Positions 43,861 through 55,454 of a stretch of DNA of 64,000 nucleotides are shown here, piece after piece (the first letter of the stretch is position 1; each line of letters starts with the position of its first letter). The notes beneath the pieces are model-generated. The model was not told the origin of the DNA and did no database searches. It worked only from the letters and a program-made list of their open reading frames with translations. The DNA is taken from positions 1,556,526-1,620,525 of the forward strand of contig BCKQ01000003.1 in assembly GCA_001600695.1 (NCBI GenBank). Direction: 5' to 3'. Position numbers and translations under genes: made by a program. The DNA is from Ascoidea asiatica JCM 7603. Its lineage: Eukaryota; Fungi; Ascomycota.

Positions 43861-45903
43861 ATGTCTAAAACTTCTATTCTTTTATACATCTTATATTCCT
43901 TTATATTTATTTTAAGTATATTTAATTTAAATTTTATACTCTTTGATAATATATTTATAAGAAACTTGAAATCAATTTCTTTATTATCGTCATCTTTATC
44001 ATCATCCTTAAAAGAGAATATTTCAAAAAGAGATTTATTTAATATTGGAGTTCTAAGTAAAAAAAATTTAAATAAAGATATAATTTCAACAAACATTACA
44101 AGTACAACTTCAACAACAACTTCAAAAAACTTTGTTCAATTTCCTTATTTTCAATATTTTAATGAATATTTAAATCCATTTTCAATAATTTCAATTGGTA
44201 CACCTCCTCAAAATATTTCAATTTCAATTGATTTTGATTCTTCAACTTTATGGTTATTATCTGATTCAAATCCAATTTGTCTAATAAATTCAACTTCTTG
44301 TAATATTAATAATAAAAATACTTTTTTAAAAGATTATGATTCAAAAACTTTTAAATTCATTGATCAAGTTTCAAATGGTCCAATTTGTACAATTAATATA
44401 ACTGATCAAAATAAAATTATTAATGCAACTGGTTTATGGGGTAATGATAAAATTTATTTAAATACTGACAATAATAATAATAATAGTATTGAATTTAGTA
44501 ATTATTCAGTTGGAATTGTATTTTTAACTTCAAATAATATAAATTATGGTACTTTAGGTGTAAATCCATTTTTATTAAAAGGTGAAACTAAATTTAATAG
44601 ATCTAATTTAATTAATAGATTCATTCAAGATAATTTAATTAAAAGAAGAATTATTCATGATTCTATTCAAACAAATAATTTAATATTTGGTGCATATATT
44701 CCAACAAATTCTTCAAATAATAATAAATTAATCTCATTACCAATGATTAATAGAAATGAAATCATTAAAAATCCAAGTTTAAGATATATTGATATAACTT
44801 TGAATTCATTTAAATTAAATTATAAATCAAATAATTCATCAGAAGAAATCTTATTATCAAATTCTAGTTTAAGATTTCCAATATCATTTTCTCATAGAAA
44901 TTTAAATAATTATTTTCCCCTTGAATTTATAAATAATTTTAAAAATTTAACTATATTTAATAATGATGATAATAAAATAAGTAATATGAGTAATGAAAAT
45001 ATTTATAATGAATTATTTAAAAATCAAGCTGTTTTTCAATTCAATTTATCTGGATATATAATTGAATTACCATTTTATGAAATAGTTATTGATAATTTAA
45101 ATTATTTAAAAACAACAAATGAAAAAATAAGTTTAAATTGTAGTTTATTTTTAGGTGAACCATTTCCAGTTAAAACAAATTCAAATTTAGTTTATTTAAG
45201 TAAAAATATTTTTAATTATATAAATTTCATTTATGATTTTGATTTTAAACAAGTTTTGATTAATAAAGTTGAAAATAATTATACATTATTTCCAAATGAA
45301 TATAAAACATTTTCAAATGATAAACTTGTTAGAAGTTTTAATAGTAATAGTACTAATGGTAGTAACAATACAAAAAATTCAGTTAATGAAAATGATATTA
45401 TTATAGTGACAGAGAATAATACAATTTCAAATATTGAAAAAGCACCATTATATAATATATCATATTTTAATTATATCACATCTTATTTTTCAATAATTAA
45501 GACAAATACAATAATTACAGAAACTTTAACAGATTTTACTCAATTTACAACAAGTCATTCAAAATTATTTATAACAAGTATACCAATTAATACATTTGAA
45601 AATTTCACAACAACTTCAACATTAAAAGCACCATGGACAAAAACTATAACTACAACAATAACAGATGGTATTAATGAAGTAAATAAATTCATGAATGAAT
45701 TAAATTCAAGTAATACTGATGGAAATATCATAACTAATATTGATTCAATTATTTCATTATCATCAGAATCAGCTGCTAATGCTTCAATTGGAATTCAAGT
45801 AGTTGGAGCTAATTATTCAATTTCTAATAATCAAATTAATTACTTAACATTGAAATTAATTTCTACTTTTTTAATCTGTACTATATTTTTAATTTACTTA
45901 TAA
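43861..45903 (+). CDS. Secreted/GPI-type pepsin-fold (yapsin-like) protein with degenerate active site
   Basis: Signal peptide, KR site, ISIGTPPQNISISIDFDSSTLW, ATGLWGNDKI, YGTLGV, LIFGA, FIYDFDFKQV, a Thr-rich stalk and a hydrophobic C-terminus. Confidence 0.75.
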   Translation: MSKTSILLYILYSFIFILSIFNLNFILFDNIFIRNLKSISLLSSSLSSSLKENISKRDLFNIGVLSKKNLNKDIISTNITSTTSTTTSKNFVQFPYFQYFNEYLNPFSIISIGTPPQNISISIDFDSSTLWLLSDSNPICLINSTSCNINNKNTFLKDYDSKTFKFIDQVSNGPICTINITDQNKIINATGLWGNDKIYLNTDNNNNNSIEFSNYSVGIVFLTSNNINYGTLGVNPFLLKGETKFNRSNLINRFIQDNLIKRRIIHDSIQTNNLIFGAYIPTNSSNNNKLISLPMINRNEIIKNPSLRYIDITLNSFKLNYKSNNSSEEILLSNSSLRFPISFSHRNLNNYFPLEFINNFKNLTIFNNDDNKISNMSNENIYNELFKNQAVFQFNLSGYIIELPFYEIVIDNLNYLKTTNEKISLNCSLFLGEPFPVKTNSNLVYLSKNIFNYINFIYDFDFKQVLINKVENNYTLFPNEYKTFSNDKLVRSFNSNSTNGSNNTKNSVNENDIIIVTENNTISNIEKAPLYNISYFNYITSYFSIIKTNTIITETLTDFTQFTTSHSKLFITSIPINTFENFTTTSTLKAPWTKTITTTITDGINEVNKFMNELNSSNTDGNIITNIDSIISLSSESAANASIGIQVVGANYSISNNQINYLTLKLISTFLICTIFLIYL

Positions 45904-46145
45904 AGGAAAACAACCCATTCTTCTCTTTTTCCTAAGCTCCTTTTCTTATTTGTTAATATAATTACTCATAATACAATAATAACATATGAATATTTAATCA
46001 TTTTATCACATTACTAATATTACTTAGTTCATTTGTATTTTTTTAGTATTGGTCTAAAGTATATATTAATTGCAGCAAGGAATTCTGCAATACTATTGGA
46101 TGAAAATAATTACCCTTTATGGAAACTCCCGCTTTTGTAACTCAG

Positions 46146-46522
46146 TGACTCAATGCCAACCCGAATTCAACATCGGGTCATACAGAAAAAACCCATGAAA
46201 ATTATGGAAAAAACATTATTTCAGGGGAAAGTGTGGCTGGAGACAGTTTATAAGGGCTTTAATATCAGGTTTTGCGTGTTGCGTTGAGTGCCAGTCTGAG
46301 TCACCAAAAAGTAAAAAAACTGACTCGGGACTTTCTATGCTAACAAGCTAAAAATATTTGACTCGGGCTGCAATGGCGGATAAAATTTCCGTTTAACTAT
46401 CCGCCTACACGACTTTCCGCTGCACTTTCCGCGACTGGGAGCGCCGTTTGGGGTGCAGCCGGTGAGGAATTGTTGGTCGGTGCCAAATTATGCAGTCAGC
46501 GGCAGCTGCTATTCAATGAGTC
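46146..46522. promoter_or_regulatory. Cluster of five TGACTC(A) sites (Gcn4/Bas1 type) upstream of TPN1
   Basis: TGACTCA at 46146, TGAGTCA at 46297, TGACTC at 46321 and 46359, TGAGTC at 46517. Confidence 0.6.
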
Positions 46523-47056
46523 TTTTTCTCAGTTCCTGATTAACTGAAAATTTAAGGAAGGTTTTTCATAGTTTGGCATCGGATAACTTTTAGGATTGTT
46601 TATTTCTTTATGACAGTTTTAACAATAACTTATTAGAACTTAACTTAATCTCAAATTCAAATTCAAATTCAAATTCAAGTTCAAGTTCAGGTTTTCTTTT
46701 AATTCGTAAAGCTAAGAAATAATCAGCCTTTTGATTTTGTTTTCCATTGAGTAATTTCTCTTCTTTGGGGTTCTATTCTTTTATAATGAGCTTTCTTTCA
46801 AAACTTCGTCTTAAACTTATTAACTAATTAATTATTCTTTAACTATTTATTATTTTGTCATTTCCTAAGAGGTCTAAAACTATTCAATTGATATAAATAT
46901 TTGACAATTCCACTCTTTTATATCCTACTCTTAATCTTAAATATCATCAATTCTTATATATTATTCATATACAGTATCCATTCATATTTTTATTTCTTTT
47001 TAGCTCATCTCATCTCATCTAATATTCATACTTGCTAGTATATATTTGCATCAAAA

Positions 47057-48853
47057 ATGGTTGGAATTCTGTCCAATAATAATAAAGATTCAAAACCATC
47101 AATTGATGTTGAAAAAGTTAGTGTGAATTTAAATAATGAATTAAAATCAAATAAAGAATATGAATCTAAATCTAAATCAAATACATTACCAGATGAAAAA
47201 ATAATTAAAAATTTTGAAGACTATGATTATGATAATAATAATACATTTTTTGGTAAAATTTCAAATCAATTTAAAAAAATTTCTTATAAATTAGATTCTT
47301 TTGGTGTTGAAGCAAGAGGTATTGAAAGAATTTTACCTTATGAAAGATCTTCAAATAAATCAAAAGTTATAATTCAAGTTATTGGTCTTTGGTTATCTGG
47401 TGCTGGAGGTTTATCTTCAACTTCTTCTTTATTATTAGGTTCTTTAGTTTTTGGTCTTGGTTTAAAAGATTCTTTTACTTCTGGAATGCTTGGTATGTTT
47501 CTTGGTTGTTTTATTGCTGCTTATTGTTCAATAATGGGTCCAAGATCTGGTTGTAGACAAATGGTTTCTGCAAGATTATTATTTGGTTGGTGGTTTGTAA
47601 AATTTGTTGCTTTAGCTTCAATTATTGGTGTAATGGGTTGGTCTGTTGTAAATTCAGTTGTTGGTGGTCAAATTTTAAAATCTGTTTCAAATGGTAAAGT
47701 TCCTTTAGAAGGTGGTATTGCAATTATTGCTTTTCTTTCTTTAATTGTTTCAATATATGGTATAAAACAATTATTAAAAGTTGAAACTTTATTAGCTGCT
47801 CCTGTTTTAATTTCATTTTTATTATTATATATTGTTACTGGTCCAAAAATGAAATATCTTTCAGAATCTGAATCTTTTGGTGATTCTTTAACTATTAAAG
47901 GTAATTGGTTATCTTTTTTTGCTTTATCTTATTCTTGTACCTCAACCTGGGGTTCAATTTCTTCTGATTATTATATTCTATTTCCTGAATCAATTAGTGA
48001 TATTGAAGTATTTTTAATTACTTTTTTTGGAATTTTAATTCCAACTTCTTTTGTATCTGTGATTGCTTTGATATTATCAAATATTGCAAATGCTTATAAA
48101 CCTTGGTATGATTCTTATGAAGATTTAGGTATGGGAGGTCTTTTAGCTGCTGCTTATTCTCCATGGGGTGCAGGTGGAAAATTCTTATTAATGCTCTTAT
48201 TTTTATCCTTAATTTCAAATAATATTATTAATACTTATTCTGCTGCTTTTGGTATTCAATTAGATGGAGTTTGGTTAGCTAAAATTCCAAGATTCATTTG
48301 GGCAACTTTAGTTACAATTGTTTATTTTATTGCTGCAATTATTGGTAAAGATCATTTTTCTACAATCTTGGGTAATTTCTTACCAATGATTGGTTATTGG
48401 ATTTCAATTTATTTCATATTATTACTTGAAGAAAATTTCATCTTTAGAACTGACAAATTTATTCATTTATTTACAAAAGAATTTGAAAACAATTTAGACT
48501 TAAATCAATCTTCTTCTTCTTCTCCTGAGAATAATAGCATCAATAATGTTGGTACAAGTGCAAATACTATTCATCAATCTATTCATAATGCAAAATTCAA
48601 TAGAAAACAACATTATAATTGGGAAATTTGGAATGATCCTAAAAAAATGACCAATGGATATGCTGCTATGGCTTCTTTTGCTTGTGGAGCTGTTGGAGCT
48701 GCAATGGGTATGGCTCAAGTTTATTATATTGGTCCAATTGCAAAATATTTTGGTGATTATGGAGGAGATTTAGGAATGTGGTTATCAATGGGCTTTTCTG
48801 GTGTTATTTATCCATTTCTCAGATATTTAGAATTGAAAAAATTTGGTCGATAA
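47057..48853 (+). CDS. TPN1: NCS1 purine-cytosine permease family, vitamin B6 transporter
   Basis: KLDSFGVEARGIERILPYER, MGPRSGCRQMVSARLLFGWWFVKFV, GNFLPMIGYW and the C-terminal RYLELKKFGR. Confidence 0.88.
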   Translation: MVGILSNNNKDSKPSIDVEKVSVNLNNELKSNKEYESKSKSNTLPDEKIIKNFEDYDYDNNNTFFGKISNQFKKISYKLDSFGVEARGIERILPYERSSNKSKVIIQVIGLWLSGAGGLSSTSSLLLGSLVFGLGLKDSFTSGMLGMFLGCFIAAYCSIMGPRSGCRQMVSARLLFGWWFVKFVALASIIGVMGWSVVNSVVGGQILKSVSNGKVPLEGGIAIIAFLSLIVSIYGIKQLLKVETLLAAPVLISFLLLYIVTGPKMKYLSESESFGDSLTIKGNWLSFFALSYSCTSTWGSISSDYYILFPESISDIEVFLITFFGILIPTSFVSVIALILSNIANAYKPWYDSYEDLGMGGLLAAAYSPWGAGGKFLLMLLFLSLISNNIINTYSAAFGIQLDGVWLAKIPRFIWATLVTIVYFIAAIIGKDHFSTILGNFLPMIGYWISIYFILLLEENFIFRTDKFIHLFTKEFENNLDLNQSSSSSPENNSINNVGTSANTIHQSIHNAKFNRKQHYNWEIWNDPKKMTNGYAAMASFACGAVGAAMGMAQVYYIGPIAKYFGDYGGDLGMWLSMGFSGVIYPFLRYLELKKFGR

Positions 48854-50152
48854 ATGGCTATTTTAATTGATAATTTAATCTTTTTTTTTATTTAATAAAT
48901 TCTTTTATTCTCTTCTTTTATTTCTTTTCCTCGTTTCCTTTTTTATCTTGTTTTTCAATAACTATAATAGATACACATTTAAATCATTATTAAAAACTAC
49001 ACTTTTTGTAATACAGCATTTTTTTGGAAAAAACATATCATTTTAGTTGGATTATATAAGAAATTCGGGACTAACTTAATGAATAAAATAAAATAAAATG
49101 AAACAAAATTGAATAAACTTAACTAACAATAGAAAATTTAATGGCAAAAAAAAGATAAATTAGAGAGTCAAAGAGATAAAAGAATTCTAGAAAGAGAAAA
49201 CAAAAAAAAAAGGATAATAAAACTAGATACAGTAAACTAAAATAAAATTGAAACAAATATGAATCACTAGTAAAATAAAATTAAATTTTTTTAGAGATTG
49301 TAAGAGTTAAATTAATTAAAATAACTAAAGAGTTATTATATGAATAAATAATGAATTCACTTTGAGTTTATAAACTAAAATAAAAGAGGAATGATTTGTC
49401 GAAAAATAAAAAAGAACTAATTGAAGAATGATTAAAATTAGTATTGAAACAAAAACAATTAATATCAGACAAGAGAAACAAAGAACAAATAATAAAAAAA
49501 AAATAAAAATATTGAAAAAAAAATTAAGTGTAATAGAATGATTTTGAATAACTTTTGAAATATGAAAAAGGAATGTGGGTTGGAAAATAACTAATTATGA
49601 TTGATTATGTTTTTATTTTGCTTGATATTGTTTAATTAAATTAACTTTTTGTTTAAGAAAAGATAAAAGATAAAAGATTATGATAAATTTGTTAGAGAAA
49701 AAAAAAAATTAAAAGTTGAAATAATTAATTCCTAAAATAAAAGACTGATTTTGGAAAATTAAAGTAAAATTGAATTTATCTTTCTTTCTGATCTTTTTCT
49801 TTTTTTTTTTCAAAATTGGGATATTGAAGTAAAATAAAATGAAATTAAAATTAATTAATTGAAAATAATTTGATTAAGGAAACTGAATTGGAAACTGAAT
49901 TGGAAATTAATCTCATATATATCTTTGAAAATAAACTATAAGCCTGATAAATTTGATAAAATAATATCAGTTGAAATAAATGAAAATTTTTTTTTTTTGA
50001 AAAATTAATTAAAAAAAGAGAGAGAGAGAAGGATAATAATTGCATTAATATTAATTTTGAATGAAATAAAAATTAATAAAATAATTAATAAAACATTTTT
50101 TTTAAAAGGAAAATGAAAATTGAAAATGATTTAAGATATAAAAATAAAATTT

Positions 50153-52921
50153 TTAATTTTTTTGAATAATTTCAGGAATTTGAATATTTGGTATATTTGA
50201 ACTTGAATTATCAGTTGGAGTTACAACATTTGAATTATGAGAAGACATTGGTTGAGAAATTGAATTATGTAAATTTGTTGAACTATTATTTGAACTTAAA
50301 CCAGTTGGAGATTGTAATCGAGAGTTACTGTTATTATTATTATTATTGCTATTATTGTTGTTATTATTATTATTGCTGTTATTAGATGATAAATTATTTG
50401 AGATATTATTTTGATTAACAACTTGAAATTGTCTTGGCATATTACCACAACGATCTTTACCATAATTAATTTTAAAAGATTTATAATCATCATTTGTTTT
50501 AATACCATCAATTGCTTTAATTGCATTAGCAATATTTGTAAAATTTACAAAAGCACATTTTTTTTCTGGTAAAAAATTAATTTGTTCAATTTCACCAAAT
50601 TTACTAAAATCTCTTCTTAATTTAATTTCAGTATAATTTATTTCCATATTTTTTTCAATATTACCAATATAAATATTTCTTGAAGCACCACTTGAAACAG
50701 CTAAAGCAATTGGATTTGGTAATGGACCAGAATGTTTACCCCAACCAACTTTAATTCTTCTATTATGAATTGTTAAACCATGTAAATGACACATTGCAAA
50801 AAATTGAGCAGCAGCAATTGGATCAATAAAAGTTATAAAACAAACATGACGTTCATTTAAATATCTAATATTTTGAAGTAAACCACCTCTAACAACATTA
50901 CAAATTTCTTCAATTGAAGAATCTGGATGTAAATTACCTAAATAAACAGTTCTATTACCTAAATTATTTGCACCACCAGCACTTGTTGCAATAGCAGCAG
51001 CAGCAGCGGATTGTTGAACTAAAGCATTTGAAATAAAATCTCTATCAGCAGCAGTAACTAAATGTTCCATACCTGGAGCTAAACCTAAAAATTGAGCAGC
51101 ATTATGTTGTTGAGTTTTAGTAATAAAAGCACAACGATCTTTACCATAAAAAATTTTTTTATTAACATATTTTTCTTCTAAAGGTAATTGTTGTACAACT
51201 CTAATTGCTGATAAAATTGATAAAAAATGAACAAAAGCAACACCTTTATCAGTTAAAATTTTAATTGTATCAATTTGACCAAATTTATTTAAATCATTTC
51301 TTAATTCAAATTCAGTTATATCATGAGGTAATAAACCAAGATAAACATTTCTTGTAGCACCATCTCTTTGAATTGCATTTAAAACTGCAGGAGTTATTGG
51401 AGTACTTTTACCCCAACCAATTCTTATATCATTATTTTTAATTGTTAATCTTTTTAAAATTGCATCAGAATGAAATAATAAAGCAGCACTATCATCAATA
51501 AAAGAAATAAAAGCACACATTTTTGAAGGTAAAATTCTTACATTTTCAATAATTCCGGATCTTACATGATCTAATAATTCTTCTGGAGTTATATCAGAAG
51601 GTACATTACCTAAATAAACAGTTCTTGAAGGAGCAGTTGTACCAATTAAATCAACATTTGAATTATTTTGTAATAATTGATTTGAATTTGAATTTTGAAT
51701 TTGATTTGAATTTTGAATTTGATTTTGATTTAAATTTTGATTTAAATTTAAGTTTTGATTTGAATTTGAATTAATATTACTAATATTATTAATATTATTA
51801 ATATTATTAATATTATTCATATTATTTTGTAATTGAATATCTTGTTGTTGTTGTTGTAATTGAGATTGAGGTTGTTGTAATTGAGATTGTAATTGAGGTA
51901 ATTGAGGTAATTGTGGTAATTGAGGTAATTGAATTTGTTGTTGAATAACATTTGATTGTAATTGATTTGGTAATTGAGATTGAGATTGAGATTGATTAAT
52001 TTGTTGTTGTTGATTTGAATTTAAATCTAAATTTAAACTACTATTTTGAGAAGATAAAGATTGATAATTATTGATATTATTTAAATGATTATTTAAAGAA
52101 TTAATATTATTATAATTCATATTAATATTTGAATTATATGGAGAATTTTGATTATTAATGTTATTATTATTATTATTATTATTTGTTGAGTTATTTGAGT
52201 TATTTGAATTATATGAATTTAAATTAAGATTATTCATATTATTATTTATATTATTCATATTCATATTATTCATATTCAAATTCATATTGTTCATATTATT
52301 CATATTATTCATGTTATTCATATTCATATTATTCATGTTATTATTAATATTATTATTATAATCATTAACTTGCATTGATAATGGAATTGGAATTGGAATT
52401 TGAGGATATTCTTGATAATCTAAATAAGGATTTTGTTGTTGAACGTTATTGTTGTTGTTGTTGTTATTATAATAATTGTTATCATTATTATCATTATTAT
52501 TATTATTATTGTTATCAGTATTGTTATTAATATTATCTGAATTTAAATTATCTATAGAATTAGAAGAATGAATTGAATGAATAGAATGAATTGAATGAAT
52601 AGAATGAATTGAATCAGATAAATCATTATTTAAATTTTCATTTGAATTAGAATTTGAATTTGAATTATTAATTTGTTTATCATTTAAATCATCATTTGAA
52701 TCATTAATTGTATCAGCGGTAGATACAGGAATTGGAATTGGAATTGGAATTGGATTTGAATTTGGATTTGAATTTGATATAGAAGAAGATATTGAAGATG
52801 AATTAGTTAATGAGTTATCAGCTTGTTTACTATTGTTATTATTATTATTATTATTTGAGCTTGAATTTATATTTGTATTTGAATTTGAATTTTGATAAAA
52901 TGATTGATGATTATAAGACAT
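50153..52921 (-). CDS. MRN1: Four-RRM mRNA-binding protein Mrn1 (Nrd1/Msa2-like) with a large Asn/Gln-rich N-terminus
   Basis: SRTVYLGNVP, ATRNVYLG, YGKDRCAFITKTQQHNAAQFLG, GNRTVYLGNL and GASRNIYIG. Confidence 0.92.
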   Translation of the reverse strand: MSYNHQSFYQNSNSNTNINSSSNNNNNNNNSKQADNSLTNSSSISSSISNSNPNSNPIPIPIPIPVSTADTINDSNDDLNDKQINNSNSNSNSNENLNNDLSDSIHSIHSIHSIHSIHSSNSIDNLNSDNINNNTDNNNNNNNDNNDNNYYNNNNNNNNVQQQNPYLDYQEYPQIPIPIPLSMQVNDYNNNINNNMNNMNMNNMNNMNNMNNMNLNMNNMNMNNINNNMNNLNLNSYNSNNSNNSTNNNNNNNNINNQNSPYNSNINMNYNNINSLNNHLNNINNYQSLSSQNSSLNLDLNSNQQQQINQSQSQSQLPNQLQSNVIQQQIQLPQLPQLPQLPQLQSQLQQPQSQLQQQQQDIQLQNNMNNINNINNINNISNINSNSNQNLNLNQNLNQNQIQNSNQIQNSNSNQLLQNNSNVDLIGTTAPSRTVYLGNVPSDITPEELLDHVRSGIIENVRILPSKMCAFISFIDDSAALLFHSDAILKRLTIKNNDIRIGWGKSTPITPAVLNAIQRDGATRNVYLGLLPHDITEFELRNDLNKFGQIDTIKILTDKGVAFVHFLSILSAIRVVQQLPLEEKYVNKKIFYGKDRCAFITKTQQHNAAQFLGLAPGMEHLVTAADRDFISNALVQQSAAAAAIATSAGGANNLGNRTVYLGNLHPDSSIEEICNVVRGGLLQNIRYLNERHVCFITFIDPIAAAQFFAMCHLHGLTIHNRRIKVGWGKHSGPLPNPIALAVSSGASRNIYIGNIEKNMEINYTEIKLRRDFSKFGEIEQINFLPEKKCAFVNFTNIANAIKAIDGIKTNDDYKSFKINYGKDRCGNMPRQFQVVNQNNISNNLSSNNSNNNNNNNNSNNNNNNSNSRLQSPTGLSSNNSSTNLHNSISQPMSSHNSNVVTPTDNSSSNIPNIQIPEIIQKN

Positions 52922-52956
52922 TTGATAAAGATTAAGATATAATTGAATATCTTCAG

Positions 52957-53009
52957 TTATATATATATTATATTATATTATATATTATATTATATATTAT
53001 ATTATATAT
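52957..53009. repeat. (TA)/(TATAT)n microsatellite just upstream of the MRN1 ATG
   Basis: Direct reading of the sequence. Confidence 0.75.
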
Positions 53010-53708
53010 GAGCTTTGATTTATTGAATAGAATATAAATGTGATAGATATTTAAAGAGAGAATAAGCAATATATTATTATGATATTATGTTATATTATTA
53101 TATTTAACACCTGGGCGGTTAATTATTGGAATAGAAGAAGAAAAGAAAAGAAAAGAAAGAAAGAGAGAGAGAAAAAGAAGAAGAAAAAGAATAAGAATAA
53201 GAAGAAGAATGAATAAAGAGATAAAATTGAATAATAAGGTGAATAAGCTAATATAAAGCTGTTCTTTTAGCAATTTGAATTGAATCTGAATTGAAATAAA
53301 GAAATAAAGATATATTATATTGGATGTATTTAATATAATAATAATATAATATGTAATATATAATATATTGAATATTGAATATTGAATAATTAATACAATA
53401 CAATAATAACTTGACAATACGTAGAGAATGAATGAAAGAGTAAAAGAGTGGGAATGAAAGACACTGATCTAAGGTTTTGTCTGTTACTAATCCAGAAGTG
53501 CCACTGTAACTCAGTTACCCTGCCGTTACCCTCTCTGATTGCACTGTGACATGAATCAATGAACTTTGGTAATGGACAACGCAGAACACAGCCACAAATA
53601 CTAGCCACAAATACTATCTACATTGATATTAATGTTACTTTTTGCATTACATAAGATATAGTATATATTACGTAATATATATATAGTATACATACTAGAA
53701 TATGTAGT

Positions 53709-54611
53709 TTATACAGTAGTTGAATTCCAAATATCTTGAATTGCAAAAATTGAAGTTAAACTACCAGCTAAACCAATTTTAGATTCATTATAATTTAAAT
53801 ACTTTAGATTATTTAAGACAATAAATAAATCAAGGAAATTCCAAATTAATTTTCTTTTATTTTTATAATTTTCCATTTCAATTTTCATTTTATCTGTATT
53901 ATATTCTTTGTTATTATTATTATCATTATAATAAGTTGATTTTTTAATATTAATAATAATTTTTTTAAAATTTAAAATAATTTCAAAAAAAATTGAAAAA
54001 AACCAAGAATAATTAATAAATTTTATTAAAATTTTTTTTTTATTTAAATTATTAAAATATTTTATTAAATTTAAATCATTTAACCAATTTAAAGATTCTA
54101 AAGATAAATAAGTAAAATTAAAAAAATTTTTTAAAATTAATAAAATTTTAAAATTTAAATCATTTTTAAAAATTAATTTATTTTTAAAAATTTTATAAAT
54201 TTCTAAAAAAATTTCAATTGATTTTAAAAATCTAATATATTTTCTAATAAATGACATTTTTTCTTTTAAATTCTTTAAAATTAATGCAAATGAAATTATT
54301 TCATCTCTATTGAACTTATTAAATTTATTAAATTTATTAAATTTATTAAATTTCAATGAGATTAAGTAAATTGAATATGATATAATTGATTTTCTTTTAA
54401 TATTTATATTATTTAAATTATTATTATTCCTCTGTTTTGTAAAATTAGTTGATGATGATATGAATAAATCTTGATGAGATACTAAATAATATGATAAGAA
54501 TCTTGAGAAATATTGTATAAATCTTGCAAATTTATCTCTACCATTTGAAGTATTTAATATTTTAACCAATTTCAATAAACTTGGATGATAAACAATTGAA
54601 TCCATATTCAT
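53709..54611 (-). CDS. PEX11: Peroxisomal membrane proliferation protein Pex11
   Basis: DSIVYHPSLLKLVKILNTSNGRDKFARFIQYFSRFL, IRKYIRFLKSIE, RKLIWNFLDLFIVLNNL and IGLAGSLTSIFAIQDIW. Contains a low-complexity insertion. Confidence 0.85.
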   Translation of the reverse strand: MNMDSIVYHPSLLKLVKILNTSNGRDKFARFIQYFSRFLSYYLVSHQDLFISSSTNFTKQRNNNNLNNINIKRKSIISYSIYLISLKFNKFNKFNKFNKFNRDEIISFALILKNLKEKMSFIRKYIRFLKSIEIFLEIYKIFKNKLIFKNDLNFKILLILKNFFNFTYLSLESLNWLNDLNLIKYFNNLNKKKILIKFINYSWFFSIFFEIILNFKKIIINIKKSTYYNDNNNNKEYNTDKMKIEMENYKNKRKLIWNFLDLFIVLNNLKYLNYNESKIGLAGSLTSIFAIQDIWNSTTV

Positions 54612-55454
54612 CTTTGATGTATTATATTTACTAGATAGTTATTTCAATTGACTGATTGATTGAATGAATAGAGTAGAGATATTCACTCGTTTATATATCT
54701 GGCATGGCATAATAATAAGGATATTAATATATCAGTAGTGTTAATATCAATAGTATGGGGTAAGGGATCTTTTATCTCCATAAGGCATACAATAATAATA
54801 ATAGTAGTAATAGTAGTAATAATAAGCAAGAGTAGAGCAATAACACTAATAACACTAATAACACTAATAGCACAAGTAAGAGTAAGAGTAATAAAAGTAA
54901 CGTTACGAGCAATGTGATATTCTTGTTCTTGTTCTTGTTTCTTTCTTCGGTGACATGTGACACTCCCCCGCAGCACGAGACCACTTCCGTGGTACTGCTC
55001 CTGTGGTACTTTTCTCTGCTGTGGCTCAGTCGTGTCCATTCCGCGGTGCAAGTTCATTGTTCACTGCTTGTTCACTGCTTGAGTGTTCTAGACCCTTTTC
55101 ATCTCATCGATAAAACAATAAAGATTCCAGATAGAGTATGACAACACTACAAAACCACTATTAATAACAATATTAACAATAATAACAATAACAACATACT
55201 CAACTCTAGTAAATATTTCATATAAATACCTTATATTCCTTATTTCTTATTTTCTTCTTCTTTTTATTCTTCTAATTTCTCTCTCTCTCTCTCAATTAAC
55301 TATTCATTCAATCAATCAATTCATCCCTCACTCACTCAATTCATCACACTCACTCAATTCATCAATCAATCATTCTTTAAGTTGATCAATCACTTATTCA
55401 ATCGCTCACTATTTCAATAATATCAATCATAATAATAATTTTATTTTTTTCAAA

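Noticed and set aside
54430-54483. Possible in-frame 51-nt intron in PEX11 (GTATCT...ACTAAT...CAG on the minus strand)
   Set aside because: The donor lacks +5 G, the branch point is weak, the frame is open without splicing, and such insertions are common in this genome.
53085-55141. Hydrophobic intergenic ORFs (53085-53417, 54683-55057, 54772-54984, 54914-55141)
   Set aside because: They are translations of simple repeats and promoter DNA, with no family features.
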